Assembly: GCF_000143415.4 (NCBI RefSeq)
Contig: NW_003314297.1
Span: 124,001 to 188,000 of the forward strand
DNA from: Selaginella moellendorffii
Lineage: Eukaryota > Plantae > Lycopodiophyta
Direction: 5' to 3'
Length of the DNA stretch: 64,000 bases
The notes beneath the pieces were generated by a model, which did no database searches, was not told the DNA's origin, and saw nothing but the letters and a program-made list of their open reading frames with translations. Each line of letters starts with the position of its first letter. Within the stretch, counting starts at the first letter, position 1. Of this stretch, positions 63,481-64,000 are shown one piece after another. The position numbers and the translations under genes were made by a program.

Positions 63481-64000
63481 GTGATGACCTACTTGTGAAT
63501 TAAATCCAGCTGCATGCACTCTAACTTGGTCTCCTCTCTCTCTGACCATAGCATTTGGAAAAAAATGTATGTAAATTGAATTCTCTGTAATGCATTGTTA
63601 ATTTCTTAGAAGATAAATAAGTATATAAAAAAACTATACTAAATGACTTATACAAAATAGTGAACTCTAAGTGCAAAAACATCCTGGAAAGAAAAAGATT
63701 TTTTTTTTATTATTAAAACAAAATTTCTTTAAGACATAAATATATATGATTGAATTTTGTCAAATTTATTTTTTTATTTTATTTTATGCCAAGCTCTAAA
63801 AGATTTTCTATTTAATGTCATGTATATAGGTCGTAAACTATGCATCTTATAAGCATTATAATAACAATCTTAACTACTTTAAATTTTTATTTTTAAGTTG
63901 CTTGAAATGAAAAGTATTTAATTTGATTATAACCTTAATACATGTGGCTCTTTAAATATTAAAATAATATTTTAATATTTATAATTATTTTAAAGCTGGT

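Overview
Eukaryotic, plant nuclear DNA. It is gene-dense, with very short (~50-60 nt) GT-AG introns and GC-rich exons separated by extremely AT-rich, CpG-depleted TE graveyards. This architecture suggests a compact lycophyte-type genome such as Selaginella (inference, not proven). Ordinary plant genes: RanBP2-ZnF, CSLD, Agenet+ENT, PP1/TOPP, GT34, complex I B12, plastid SECA2, ferredoxin, TOM1-like, ArfGAP AGD14-like. Three intact-looking genes of non-plant character sit among them: (1) a fungal Dit1/PvcA-type isocyanide synthase with one host-style intron (3327-4931, -); (2) an intronless Fic/Fido AMPylase with canonical catalytic and autoinhibitory motifs (~215-1261); (3) a five-exon Crinkler/CR-type protein (putative Ubl header, P-loop NTPase, REase, PHD, NLS; 25719-28130). 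The 15-36 kb interval holds a decayed Helitron whose 3' end is inverted, an intact 558-bp TRIM with TSD, LTR remnants, a PPR fragment and rearranged pseudogene copies of a kelch/FBA-like gene. An intronless IQ-motif protein carries a young 7 x 81-bp coding tandem repeat. All homology calls come from motif recognition and memory; no database search was run.
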